A stretch of 64,000 nucleotides of DNA from Oscillospiraceae bacterium (GTDB lineage Bacteria > Bacillota > Clostridia > Oscillospirales > CAG-272), in contig SVUK01000004.1 in NCBI GenBank assembly GCA_015063325.1, forward strand, positions 2,583-66,582. The letters are read 5' to 3'. The notes beneath the pieces were generated by a model. It was not told where the DNA came from, ran no database searches, and saw only the letters and a list, made by a program, of their open reading frames with translations. Below are positions 30,957-40,915 of this stretch, one piece after another. The translations under genes were made by a program, and so were the position numbers. Within the stretch, counting starts at the first letter, position 1, and every line of letters begins with the position of its first letter.

Positions 30957-31030
30957 GCAGATGTAGCTCAATGGTAGAGCGTCCGCTTCCCAAGCCGAAA
31001 ACGCGGGTTCGATTCCCGTCATCTGCTCCA
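30957..31030 (+). tRNA. tRNA-Gly (anticodon CCC)
   Basis: Acceptor stem GCAGATG/CATCTGC, D-arm GCTC/GAGC, anticodon loop TT-CCC-AA, T-loop GGTTCGATTCC, encoded CCA; 74 nt. Confidence 0.93.
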
Positions 31031-31059
31031 TCTAAGTAGTATGAAAATGCTACGCACAA

Positions 31060-31100
31060 CAAAAACCACAAGATATGGTTTCCGTATCTTGTGGTTTTTG
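31060..31100 (+). terminator. Terminator after the tRNA
   Basis: CAAAAACCACAAGATATGG...CCGTATCTTGTGGTTTTTG. Confidence 0.75.
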
Positions 31101-31334
31101 CTATATTTTGTTGTTTTCAAGCAAAACGGTGGTCTTGTGTAATCTTCGATTTTGACTGCTGACATTTGGCGGTTTTTCTATAAAAACAGGTTTTGAACCC
31201 GCGACTATGTTCAAAACCGGAACAATCATCAAATAACATATTTCATTCGACAGGTCGTGCGGATCGTTTCGTGCGACCTGTTTTCATATAAAATGATAGT
31301 GGCTGGAAAATAAAAAAATAAAGGAGCGAGGAAA

Positions 31335-31630
31335 ATGAAATACAAGGATTGGTTAAAAGAGTGGCTGGACAACTATGTTGAGCCAACGTCGAAAGAGGAC
31401 CTCTAGCAGATATTCGGAGATCGTCAGGCAACACCTGATCCCAAAACTCGGAGAAAGCGAGATGGATGAAATCACACCGATTGTCCTACAACATTTCGTT
31501 ACAGAGTTATTGCAAACAGGAAATCTGAGAACAGGGAAAGGTCTGTCTGCAAACTTTGTTAGTAGCATCATCAATGTGATGCAAAGTTCGTTGCGGACGG
31601 CTTATCAACTCGGTTATACAAAGGAATATA
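31335..31630 (+). pseudogene. Tyrosine recombinase/integrase N-terminal (SAM-like) fragment, frameshifted and truncated
   Basis: MKYKDWLKEWLDNYVEPTSKE, then a frameshift into RTSSRYSEIVRQHLIPKLG...LSANFVSSIINVMQSSLRTAYQLGY; no catalytic domain follows. Confidence 0.75.
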
Positions 31631-31807
31631 ACGCAATAGCACTTTTGACAACCTGCGGTCATCAAAAGCGCATTGCGCTCTGCGAGGCAGATGCCACGGC
31701 GAAAAATAAACGCTTTTCCAGGCGCTTATTTTTCTTGTGGTCAGGCTACGCTCCACGCTCTGCGGAGCGTACCCGAAAGAGCCACAATGAATTTCGGAAG
31801 CCGCTTC

Positions 31808-31836
31808 TGAATATCGAACATTTGTTCGTTTGTCAA
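31808..31836 (-). promoter_or_regulatory. Promoter with a perfect Bacillota LexA box in its spacer
   Basis: Minus strand TTGACA-17 bp-TATTCA; CGAAC-ATTT-GTTCG at 31815-31828. Confidence 0.65.
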
Positions 31837-31962
31837 GAGAAAATACGAAACTTTTTTCGTTTTTTTTCTTTTTCTTATTATCGTCTGCGATTCGGCCTGA
31901 AAGCGGCGACCTATCGGTGCGGATCCGTGCTGAAAAATTCATCAAAATTTCATTTTTGATAC

Positions 31963-31991
31963 TTGAAAAAACATTTGTACTATGTTATACT
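31963..31991 (+). promoter_or_regulatory. Candidate promoter for the giant surface protein gene
   Basis: TTGAAA-17 bp-TATACT with an extended TG. Confidence 0.55.
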
Positions 31992-32212
31992 GAAAGATTG
32001 AAAGGCGAAGTGCAAAGAATGCGGAAAGGGGCTTGACGAGTTCGATGAAGTTTGCGATGATCTCGTATAGACGGCATAAGTCTGGTTTCTTTTTCGTTGG
32101 ACTCGGTTACATAAATAAGTAACAACAATACAGCGTCACGTGCAGGTTGGCATCCTTGTGCCATTTGATGAGAGCGCTGTTTTATATAAACAACTAAACA
32201 GGAGGAGATCAA

Positions 32213-35200
32213 ATGATCACAACAAAAAGAAGACTTTTGAGAGGACTGATCGCGGTTATTATGATCATCAGTATGTTTGCGATTGTCCACATCATGCCGA
32301 TGGCGGCAAAGGCTGATGGCGATGTGCCTGTGCCCGGCGGCAGGGTCATTGTATGGAGCGGCGAGACGCTCCTGAATACCTTTTCGATGCGCGACGGTGA
32401 AACCCATAAGCTGACCGGGTCTGATTCCGCAAACGGGATCACCGTCAATTATTTGGGCGGTCAGTTATTATCCGACTCTGGGTTTTATGCAAACTACGAA
32501 AGCAGCACCAACTCTAATACGAAGATCATACGTCTGAACAACTCTGACAGTGAGCTGACGTTTACGTCAGCCTCCGACAACAGTTTTATCACTAAGATCG
32601 TCATAGAGTTCGATAAGTATTTTACTATTTCCGGAGCTACCAGCGATACCACGATCGACCACATTGTGGTCAACCACGGCGCGTGGACGAATGAGGATGT
32701 AATAGGCAGCAACGGCAAGCACACGCTGACTCTGGAAGGCAATGCGGCGCGCAGCGTCACAATAAGAAAAAACAGCGATACCTATCATTACGGGATCCGT
32801 GGGATCACCTCCATCCGGTTCTACATAACGGAAAACCTCTATACGATTCCCACTCTTGAGAGCGGCTTTTACGTGTATGATCAGGAGGACGGCGGCGTCA
32901 AGATCGTCCACGGCAATCCCGCCAGACCGCTCGCCGGCTCGCCGTTCATTGTCAGAAGCGGCGGCAAGATCGCCGGCTTTTCTCAGGCTGACGCCGACGA
33001 TACGACGTCCTATACGATAGAAAATCCTACGGCGGCGTTTACATTTGAGCTCGACGATGGCAGCGATACGATAACAGTCGACAATATCGACGATTTCATG
33101 CTGGCGTTGGGGCTGGCGCGCTACCGTTCGATCTACCTCTCGGCCGACCTCACCTTTGATGGCGGCTTTACGATCACGAGAACTGTCAGCATAGACCTCA
33201 AAGGGAAGTCGCTGACTTGCGACAGTTCTGCGACTGACAAAACCATCCGTGTGACCGGCGGTAATCCTACTGTTACGAGCACCGGCTATTATTGGTATGA
33301 TATCGTAAACAGTGATATCAGCGGCTTTGACAAGATCGAGGTCACCGGCGGTTCGCTGACGATCAAAGGCGGCAGATATGATCTCCCCGAAGGCTTCAGC
33401 GGAAACGTCAGACTGTCGGGCGGTCTCTACAAGCTGAATGATGCGGTCGATATGAATAAACTGGCCGACAGCGCCGTCAACCATTTGCCTGTTGAGATCG
33501 ACGGCACTTGGGCAGGGCTCAAATTTCACGTTCATGACTATAATACGATCTTTGAAACGCTTAGCGACGGCGGTATTCATTATATCAATCGCTGTGACGG
33601 ATGCGACCACACCGTAAAAGAGTGGACGCTCACCAACGAAGAGATCAACACGCTGATCGGGCTCAACGGCGGCGCCTTTACTCCCGTGACCAACTGGAAC
33701 CCGAATTCACCGGGCTCAGTTACCCTCTATCTGAGAATAACCGAGGACACCTACAACACCGCGATCGCCGCGCCCTATAATATGAACGCCGACGCGCTGA
33801 AAATGCTCAGAGACAACGGTATTCTCGGCAATTGGGAAACACACGGCGCATGGACGAACTATTCAACAGAGAACGGCGGCTATCACTCGGATGACGTGGA
33901 TATCACCTTCGATGATGACGGGTATCGTTATGTAGGCGTCGACGAACCGATGACCGTCACCTCGAAAAACGGCAAAAATATCTACCGCGCCGTGATACAT
34001 ATAGATGAATATTACAAAGAGCGGACTAACCAGACGTACGTCAACAGAGGCAATGCGATCATATCCGACGACGCTTTGACCATCACGGTAACGAATATCA
34101 ACTCCAAGTCCTTCACGTTTAACTTCAGCGGAGCATCTTATGAGTTCGTGCCGGTCGAATCGGTCGAGTTGTGTTATGCAGGCAGCGGCCAAAACATCAG
34201 CTATGTTACGGTGAACACGACGCCGGATGCCGATAACTGCTACGGCCACACGATGACCTATGACTATCGCGATCACACCTATACCTTACACTTCACCAGC
34301 ACGAACCCGCATCATCATCTGCAAGGCGAGCCTGACTGGAATCTCACGGATGACGGCGTCAATGCTACTATGACGGCAACAACGCATTGTACCGTATGCG
34401 GCGAAGAACTCCATCTTAACGTTGAATCGTACTCTTCGGGCACCCGCGAGGCGACGTATACGCGAGAAAGAACAAAGCTTTGGCACTTCCTTGCGCAAAC
34501 GGACCAATACTATTATTATGATTATTTGCAGGTCATAGGTCCGAAGCTCCCGGTCACCACTCATTCTATTGAAGATGGAAACGGCAACATACTCGAATAC
34601 TATGAAGATGAGAGTACCGGCAAGTATTTCATTGATCTTGACGGTCCGGCCATTGCGCTTGATCAAATTCGCATTCCGGAAACCAAGATCGACGCTGTTC
34701 CGGCAGCCGACGAGGCGGACGGCAACATCGAGTATTACACCTGCTCGAACGGAAGATACTTCAAGCTCGAAGACGGCAAGTATATTGAGATCGCAAGAAA
34801 CGCCTGGGTGTCACACATAGGCGAGTCTGAAGAGATCGATTTGACGATGCATCGCGGTACGATGGTCTTCACCGGTCAGAATGTCAAGGTGACTGCTGAC
34901 ATGATCTGGGACTGGTATAGCTCTTATAAAGGTGTAACCTTGTTCGGCTCTGCAGCACATGTTACCGGCTTAAACGGCAAGAAGATCAAAGCGATCGAAG
35001 TGACCAGATCGAAGGACGCAAGCTACGCTAGCCATATCTATATCAACGTTGGCGGAGAATATGATCATGACTATACTTTGATCGGCGACAGCGGCGATGT
35101 ATTTATGTACGGCAACTTATCCGCTTCCGAGGTAGCAGTGTACGGCGACTTTAACAATATCACGTCTGTCAAGGTCTGGTACTATGATGATTCGATGATC

Positions 35201-38200
35201 GTCACTTATACGAAGGTAGGGGCGATTGATCCCACTCCTACTGCGACGGGCAACATCGAGTACTACATCGGTCCTGACGGCAGATACTACGTCAGAGACG
35301 GTGCAAGATACGTGAGGATCGCGGAGAACTCCTGGATCATTCCCAAAGTCGTTCTGACCAAGTACGAAACGACACCGGCGACCGAAAACGCTGCCGGCAA
35401 CACCGAGTATTACGCCGGCGACAACGGCAAGTATTACGTCAAGAACGGCGACGATTACGATGAGATCACGTATAACTCGTGGATTATTCCCGCCCTCGAC
35501 GGCAGTACGTTCGAAACCATTGTGATACACACCGAATGGGATCCAAAAACCCTTTTCAGCGGAGAAAACGCCGACGTATCCTGCGACATACCCACCTTTA
35601 ATGAAATCTGCGTTGACGGCCAAGAAAACAGAAACTTGTACATTAACGCGAAATACGGCAAGACGTTTTATAAGGTCGTATTCCATATCTCAAGTTTGGA
35701 AGGAAACTCCGTTTACGCAAAGACCGACAAGGGTGCGATAGAGGTTTCCGATGACGGACGGACCGTCACGGTATGGAACTTCAGCTCCGACAGTCTCATG
35801 CTTTCCAACAAGATGGCCTTCTACGTAAATTCCGTTGACGTGTATTATACCGGCAGACCGGTCACGATCCTGACCTATTTAGATGAGAGTTTCGTTTTCA
35901 ACGGCTCCAACGATTACTACGGCGATCTTGCGTCCGCCCACGCCGACCTGTGCTATTCCGACGGCGCTTATGTCAGAACGTATGAAACCGGTGAAGAATC
36001 AAGTAAGATAACCGTCACCGGAAAGAACGGACAGGAACTCTACAAAGTAGTCTTCCACGTCAGTTATAACACGGAAAGAAGCTGGTGGGCGAAGGTCGAT
36101 CACGGCAACATCTCCGTATCCGATGACGGCACGACGATCACCGTGACGGACATCGGCGCAAACTCCGTCACGCTTTCGACGAATTTCTGTGACGAAGATC
36201 ATTTGTGGGACAGAGAAGAATGGGAGGAAGACATTCCCTGGGATACCTACTTCCAGGTAAGCTCTGTCGACATTTACTGCTGGGTAAACGAAGCAGAGAG
36301 AGTTACCTATTTGAAAGTTCCCGCAACGGCTCCTACCTTCACCTCGGCGGGCAACACCGAGTACTACGTCGGCTCGAACGGCAAATACTATGTCAAGGAC
36401 GGCGGAGACTACACCGAGATCGCCGAAAATTCGTGGATCATCCCCGTCATCACCCTTGAAAAGGTCGAGGCGAAAGCCGCCACCGTTGACGAGGCGGGCA
36501 ACACCGAGTATTATATCGGCTCGGACGGCAAGTATTACGTCAAGAACGGAAACGATTATACCGAGGTAGCAAAGAATTCCTGGGTCATTCCCAAGATCAC
36601 TTCCTATACGGTAACCTGGAAAAACTACAACGGCACCACTCTTGAAACCGATGTAAAACAGGTAACCGGCGCCAATCCGTCCTATGACGGTGCAACGCCT
36701 ACCAAACCCGCAGATGCGGACTACGTTTATACCTTCTCGGGCTGGACTCCCGCGGTCGTTCCCGTATCGGGCAACGCGACCTATACGGCTGTCTTCACCG
36801 CTTCCCCGAAACCCGACGTTGAGTTTTCCGGCAGAGTCTTTGACGACGGTGTACTCGAAGCAGATCAGCTCTCGCTCGGCGACGTCATCTCCCGCGGTAT
36901 CTACTTCTTTAATTGCAACGGTAAAACCATCGTTCTCAAGGGCGGCAGATACGGCACAAGAAATGGTGATGTATTCACGGTAGTATCCGCCAACAGTGCC
37001 GGATACACCGATCTGGGTATTACATTCAATGAATTCTGTGAACTGTATGACTATGACGGCGGTAGCCTTTTCTTCCCTGCTAAACAGAGCGGCGAGCTCG
37101 CCGATGCCGTGCTCGTTATGGCAATAGACGGCAACACGATCACCCTCGGCGGTTGTGAGCTTCCGGAGGGTTACGTTCACATCACATACGAGAGAGTTTG
37201 GGAAGAATTGCCCACCGAAACCCAACCGGGTATCCGTGAACACTACATCGGCTCCGACGGCAAGTATTATATTATGGAAAACGGCGAATATGTCGAGGTC
37301 GATTACGACTCCCTGATCATTCCGCCTACAGGCGGCGGCTCCGACCAGCCCGGCGGAGAAGGATCACAGGACGGACTCACAGCTTCTCAGATGACCGCCG
37401 ATATGATCGAGAATATGCATGATGTCTCCGATATGCCCGGCAACTTTGTTCAGGTCGATTTGGATACTGCAAGGTCATGGACCGGCGCGCCGCAGAACGG
37501 TTGGGCGCATCTGATTTACGCAACCGAAAATGGTGACCTGAAAGAGGTTGGATTCGAAAACGGAATGGTAATGGGCGACGGTATGCTCAGAATATCGGAT
37601 TTGTCGATGTTCCTTAATTGGGGCGAAGCGGTTTATTACGTTACCGGCGCAGGTTCCGGCTCCGGCGGACAGGGCTCACAGGGCGGTCTTACGGTTGTTC
37701 AGATGACCGCTGATATGGCTGAAAATGTTCATTTTGCCTATGATATGCCCGGCAACTTTGTTCAGGTCGATCTGGACACTGCAAGGTCATGGACCGGCGC
37801 GCCGCAGAACGGTAGGGCTTATTTGGTCTATGGAGTTGAAAATGAAGATCTGCTGAAAGCAGTCGTGTTTAATTGGGGAGAGTTTAACGACGATAGAACT
37901 TTCTTCGCACAAGAATTACGAGATTTCATCAATTGTGGTGAGAGCGTCTATTATGTCACCGGCTCAGGCTCACAGGGCGGCTCAGGTCAACAGGGGGGCA
38001 ATCTTGCGGTTTCTCAGATGACCGCAGATATGGCAATGAGTATCAATTCCGTCAACGATATGCCCGGCAACTTCGTTCAGGTCGATTTGGACACTGCAAG
38101 ATCATGGACCAGCGCGCCGCAGAACGGCAGATCATATCTGATCTATGGTGTTGAAAATGAAGAACGTCTGAAAGCTATTGTTTTCTTTGAGGGACGCTTT

Positions 38201-40393
38201 GAAGACGAAAGAGGATTCTTTGCAGATGAATTCAGAATGTTCATCGACTGGGGCGAGAGCGTCTATTATGTCACCGGTTCCGGCTCACAGGGCGGCGGTA
38301 ATGAACCTCAGATCACCTACACCAGAGTCGACTACAAGGCGCCTACCCCCAACGAAACCGGTAACCAAGAGTACTACATCGGTTCGGACGGAAACTATTA
38401 CGAGAAATACAACGATGAATATTATCAGAATCCGATCGACTACTTCGTTATCCCCAAGGTTTCCGTAACACGCCGCGCGGCGGTTGTGGCTACTCCCAAC
38501 GCAGCCGGCAACATCGAGTACTACACCGGTAATGACGGTAAGTATTATGTGAAGAACGGCAACATCTACGAAGAGGTTTCTTCTGCTTCCGTTACCATCG
38601 CAAAGGTTAGTGTCACCCGCCATGAGGCAGTCGCCGCTACCTACACCTCGGAGGGCAATACCGAATACTACATTGGCGCTGACGGCAAGTACTATGTAAA
38701 GAACGGCAACAACTATACCGAAACAACGCTTGAGGCTGTTACCATTGCAAGACTTACGCTTGTTCATCATAATGCGGTCGCCGCTTCCTGCACGGCAAAC
38801 GGCAATACCGAGTACTGGCATGACGAAGCGAACGACAAGTACTTCTCAGACGCAAATGGAGAACATGAGATTTCGCTTGCAGAAACGGTTGTACCCGCAG
38901 GCGGACATTCCTTTGGCGAATGGGTTGTGACCAAAGAGGCGCAAGTGGGCGTGAAGGGCGAAGAAACACGCACCTGCTCTGTTTGCGGCAAGACTGAAAC
39001 GAGAGAGATCGCAGCTCTGCCCTATGTACCGGTTACAAATGAAGACGGTGACAAAGTGTACGCCGAAACCGTGACAGAAGAAGTCAAAGATGTAACCGTA
39101 CTCTTTGCACAAGCCAAAGCGGAGGAAGGCACGGTCGAAGTTCAATCGAACGATTTTGCAATCGTATTTGACAGCGCTGCGGTCAGTGCGATCGGCGACG
39201 CCAATGTGACGCTTTCGGCAAAGGTAGTCACCGAAGACCTGCCGGAGAATGTACCGGAAAATGCTGAACTCGTACTGGAAGTCACACTCACGGGCGCAAC
39301 GTTCGAAGGCGGTCAGGCAAAGGTAACCATTCCGTTTGAAAAGGAAGCTCCCGCGGGTAAAGTTGCCAAGGTTTATTATATTGATGATGACGGCAACAAA
39401 ACCGATATGAACGCAACGTTTGAAAACGGCAAGGTAACTTTTGTAACCAACCACTTCTCCACCTATGTGTTGGTGTTTGAAGAGGCTGAGGCTGATGAAG
39501 ATACCCTGAAATTCTACGGCGCATCACTCACCCTGCAGAACAATCTGAAAGTGAACTTCTTTGTGGAAAAAGATTTGATCGATGGAAACGGATATGAAAA
39601 TCCCTACGTCCTCTTTAACATGAACGGCAACGAGATCACCGTTTCGGATTATACTGTCAGCGGAGACTATTATGTATTCAGCTTCAGCAACATTGCTCCC
39701 GACAAGATGAACGATACCATCACCGCTGCGCTTCACGCCACTCGTGACAGCATTGAATATGTCAGCGACGAACTGGAATACAGCATCGCGCAATATTGCT
39801 ATTCCATGCTGAGCAAAGAGACAACAAGTGATGCGTTGCGCACCTTGCTTGTAGATCTTCTTCATTATGGCGCGGCATCTCAGCTTTATACCGACTATAA
39901 TACGGATGCATTGGTTGACGCTTCTTTGACTGCGGAACAACTCGCGTGGGGCACGGCGGCAGATCCGGATATGACGTCGGTGACAAATGCTCGCTATCAC
40001 GAGATCGATAATCCGTCGGTATCATGGAGCGGTGTGTCACTGAACCTGAATGATTCAATCACCATGCAGTTCGTTTTCGCCGTGGAAAGCACCGAAGGAG
40101 TAACGGTTAAGGTTACAAACGGAAACGATGCTCTTTTGAAAGAAATTTCAGAGGAGGAACTTGTAGCTGCCGGCGGATACTATGTTGCAAAGTTCAAAGG
40201 GCTTACTGCCGGACAGATGAGCGATACCGTTTACGTCACGGCGTATCGTGGAGAGGAAGCGATCAGCAACACGGTGGCGTACAGCATTGAATCTTACGCC
40301 TGCGCAAAGCAAAATGACGCGAATGCTGTTCTCGCAAACCTGGTCAAAGCCATGATGAAATACGGAAATTCGGCATTTGTCTACGCGCAATGA
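32213..40393 (+). CDS. Giant (2726 aa) secreted multi-repeat surface protein with two C-terminal copies of the shared unnamed domain
   Basis: RBS AGGAGG; signal peptide ending AAKA; about 11 GN(T/I)EYY.G.DGKYYVKNG repeats; three ~100-aa QMTADM..DMPGNFVQVDLDTARSW repeats; one InlB-type repeat; CxxC segments. Confidence 0.9.
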   Translation: MITTKRRLLRGLIAVIMIISMFAIVHIMPMAAKADGDVPVPGGRVIVWSGETLLNTFSMRDGETHKLTGSDSANGITVNYLGGQLLSDSGFYANYESSTNSNTKIIRLNNSDSELTFTSASDNSFITKIVIEFDKYFTISGATSDTTIDHIVVNHGAWTNEDVIGSNGKHTLTLEGNAARSVTIRKNSDTYHYGIRGITSIRFYITENLYTIPTLESGFYVYDQEDGGVKIVHGNPARPLAGSPFIVRSGGKIAGFSQADADDTTSYTIENPTAAFTFELDDGSDTITVDNIDDFMLALGLARYRSIYLSADLTFDGGFTITRTVSIDLKGKSLTCDSSATDKTIRVTGGNPTVTSTGYYWYDIVNSDISGFDKIEVTGGSLTIKGGRYDLPEGFSGNVRLSGGLYKLNDAVDMNKLADSAVNHLPVEIDGTWAGLKFHVHDYNTIFETLSDGGIHYINRCDGCDHTVKEWTLTNEEINTLIGLNGGAFTPVTNWNPNSPGSVTLYLRITEDTYNTAIAAPYNMNADALKMLRDNGILGNWETHGAWTNYSTENGGYHSDDVDITFDDDGYRYVGVDEPMTVTSKNGKNIYRAVIHIDEYYKERTNQTYVNRGNAIISDDALTITVTNINSKSFTFNFSGASYEFVPVESVELCYAGSGQNISYVTVNTTPDADNCYGHTMTYDYRDHTYTLHFTSTNPHHHLQGEPDWNLTDDGVNATMTATTHCTVCGEELHLNVESYSSGTREATYTRERTKLWHFLAQTDQYYYYDYLQVIGPKLPVTTHSIEDGNGNILEYYEDESTGKYFIDLDGPAIALDQIRIPETKIDAVPAADEADGNIEYYTCSNGRYFKLEDGKYIEIARNAWVSHIGESEEIDLTMHRGTMVFTGQNVKVTADMIWDWYSSYKGVTLFGSAAHVTGLNGKKIKAIEVTRSKDASYASHIYINVGGEYDHDYTLIGDSGDVFMYGNLSASEVAVYGDFNNITSVKVWYYDDSMIVTYTKVGAIDPTPTATGNIEYYIGPDGRYYVRDGARYVRIAENSWIIPKVVLTKYETTPATENAAGNTEYYAGDNGKYYVKNGDDYDEITYNSWIIPALDGSTFETIVIHTEWDPKTLFSGENADVSCDIPTFNEICVDGQENRNLYINAKYGKTFYKVVFHISSLEGNSVYAKTDKGAIEVSDDGRTVTVWNFSSDSLMLSNKMAFYVNSVDVYYTGRPVTILTYLDESFVFNGSNDYYGDLASAHADLCYSDGAYVRTYETGEESSKITVTGKNGQELYKVVFHVSYNTERSWWAKVDHGNISVSDDGTTITVTDIGANSVTLSTNFCDEDHLWDREEWEEDIPWDTYFQVSSVDIYCWVNEAERVTYLKVPATAPTFTSAGNTEYYVGSNGKYYVKDGGDYTEIAENSWIIPVITLEKVEAKAATVDEAGNTEYYIGSDGKYYVKNGNDYTEVAKNSWVIPKITSYTVTWKNYNGTTLETDVKQVTGANPSYDGATPTKPADADYVYTFSGWTPAVVPVSGNATYTAVFTASPKPDVEFSGRVFDDGVLEADQLSLGDVISRGIYFFNCNGKTIVLKGGRYGTRNGDVFTVVSANSAGYTDLGITFNEFCELYDYDGGSLFFPAKQSGELADAVLVMAIDGNTITLGGCELPEGYVHITYERVWEELPTETQPGIREHYIGSDGKYYIMENGEYVEVDYDSLIIPPTGGGSDQPGGEGSQDGLTASQMTADMIENMHDVSDMPGNFVQVDLDTARSWTGAPQNGWAHLIYATENGDLKEVGFENGMVMGDGMLRISDLSMFLNWGEAVYYVTGAGSGSGGQGSQGGLTVVQMTADMAENVHFAYDMPGNFVQVDLDTARSWTGAPQNGRAYLVYGVENEDLLKAVVFNWGEFNDDRTFFAQELRDFINCGESVYYVTGSGSQGGSGQQGGNLAVSQMTADMAMSINSVNDMPGNFVQVDLDTARSWTSAPQNGRSYLIYGVENEERLKAIVFFEGRFEDERGFFADEFRMFIDWGESVYYVTGSGSQGGGNEPQITYTRVDYKAPTPNETGNQEYYIGSDGNYYEKYNDEYYQNPIDYFVIPKVSVTRRAAVVATPNAAGNIEYYTGNDGKYYVKNGNIYEEVSSASVTIAKVSVTRHEAVAATYTSEGNTEYYIGADGKYYVKNGNNYTETTLEAVTIARLTLVHHNAVAASCTANGNTEYWHDEANDKYFSDANGEHEISLAETVVPAGGHSFGEWVVTKEAQVGVKGEETRTCSVCGKTETREIAALPYVPVTNEDGDKVYAETVTEEVKDVTVLFAQAKAEEGTVEVQSNDFAIVFDSAAVSAIGDANVTLSAKVVTEDLPENVPENAELVLEVTLTGATFEGGQAKVTIPFEKEAPAGKVAKVYYIDDDGNKTDMNATFENGKVTFVTNHFSTYVLVFEEAEADEDTLKFYGASLTLQNNLKVNFFVEKDLIDGNGYENPYVLFNMNGNEITVSDYTVSGDYYVFSFSNIAPDKMNDTITAALHATRDSIEYVSDELEYSIAQYCYSMLSKETTSDALRTLLVDLLHYGAASQLYTDYNTDALVDASLTAEQLAWGTAADPDMTSVTNARYHEIDNPSVSWSGVSLNLNDSITMQFVFAVESTEGVTVKVTNGNDALLKEISEEELVAAGGYYVAKFKGLTAGQMSDTVYVTAYRGEEAISNTVAYSIESYACAKQNDANAVLANLVKAMMKYGNSAFVYAQ
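37380..38300 (+). repeat. Three intragenic tandem repeats of about 310 bp
   Basis: CAGATGACCGC.GATATG...GATATGCCCGGCAACTT.GTTCAGGTCGAT.TGGA.ACTGCAAG.TCATGGACC recurs at about 37388, 37700 and 38015. Confidence 0.9.
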
Positions 40394-40407
40394 AAGGATT
40401 GTGTGAA

Positions 40408-40554
40408 ATGAATAAAGAAAAGCAAAAGTTTATAGAACCTAAGATCGAGATCATTCGAATCAGAACGGAAGATATTATAACTACAAGTTCCGGAACAAAT
40501 CAGAATGATGACTCGGGTATCAACCTTCCCATTGATCCGTTTATTATAACATGA
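40408..40554 (+). CDS. 48-aa small peptide, FxxP...DIITTS leader family (copy 2)
   Basis: RBS AAAGGA, ATG 40408: MNKEKQKFIEPKIEIIRIRTEDIITTSSGTNQNDDSGINLPIDPFIIT*; ATGA overlap with the next gene. Confidence 0.8.
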   Translation: MNKEKQKFIEPKIEIIRIRTEDIITTSSGTNQNDDSGINLPIDPFIIT

Positions 40555-40808
40555 AGAAAACAATAGTCTTTATTCTCCTGTTCGTCATATTGCTTTTATC
40601 GGCAGTCGGCTGCACGGATCCCAAGAAGGATCCGTCTGCCGAAACGCAACCGACGAACAGCACAGAAACAAATTCAACCGATCAAACAGACTCAACAATG
40701 GCGCCGGAGACCTCGTCTTCTTCCGGCACTCAAACTACGCCGAGCACAGATCCACCGTTTGTCACAGGTAATGACGGCGTTGATTTGCCCGTTGACTCGT
40801 TTGATTAA
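40551..40808 (+). CDS. Small lipoprotein: lipobox, Ser/Thr-rich linker and a short C-terminal motif
   Basis: MKKTIVFILLFVILLLSAVG-C; tail GNDGVDLPVDSFD. Confidence 0.85.
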   Translation: MKKTIVFILLFVILLLSAVGCTDPKKDPSAETQPTNSTETNSTDQTDSTMAPETSSSSGTQTTPSTDPPFVTGNDGVDLPVDSFD

Positions 40809-40814
40809 GCATTA

Positions 40815-40854
40815 AAAAATCGCGGTGAAGCAGAAATGCTCCGCCGCGATTTTT
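40815..40854 (+). terminator. Intrinsic terminator closing the giant protein-peptide-lipoprotein operon
   Basis: AAAAATCGCGG...CCGCGATTTTT. Confidence 0.7.
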
Positions 40855-40915
40855 CTCTCTGCAGTGAAACTGCCCTCACTCGAAAGTGGGGGCAGGATTC
40901 TTGATATGGGGTTTG

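Noticed and set aside
31375-31959. 194-aa ORF as an intact integrase
   Set aside because: Only the first ~85 codons resemble an integrase. The true start is in another frame (31335) and the rest reads through hairpins and a promoter.
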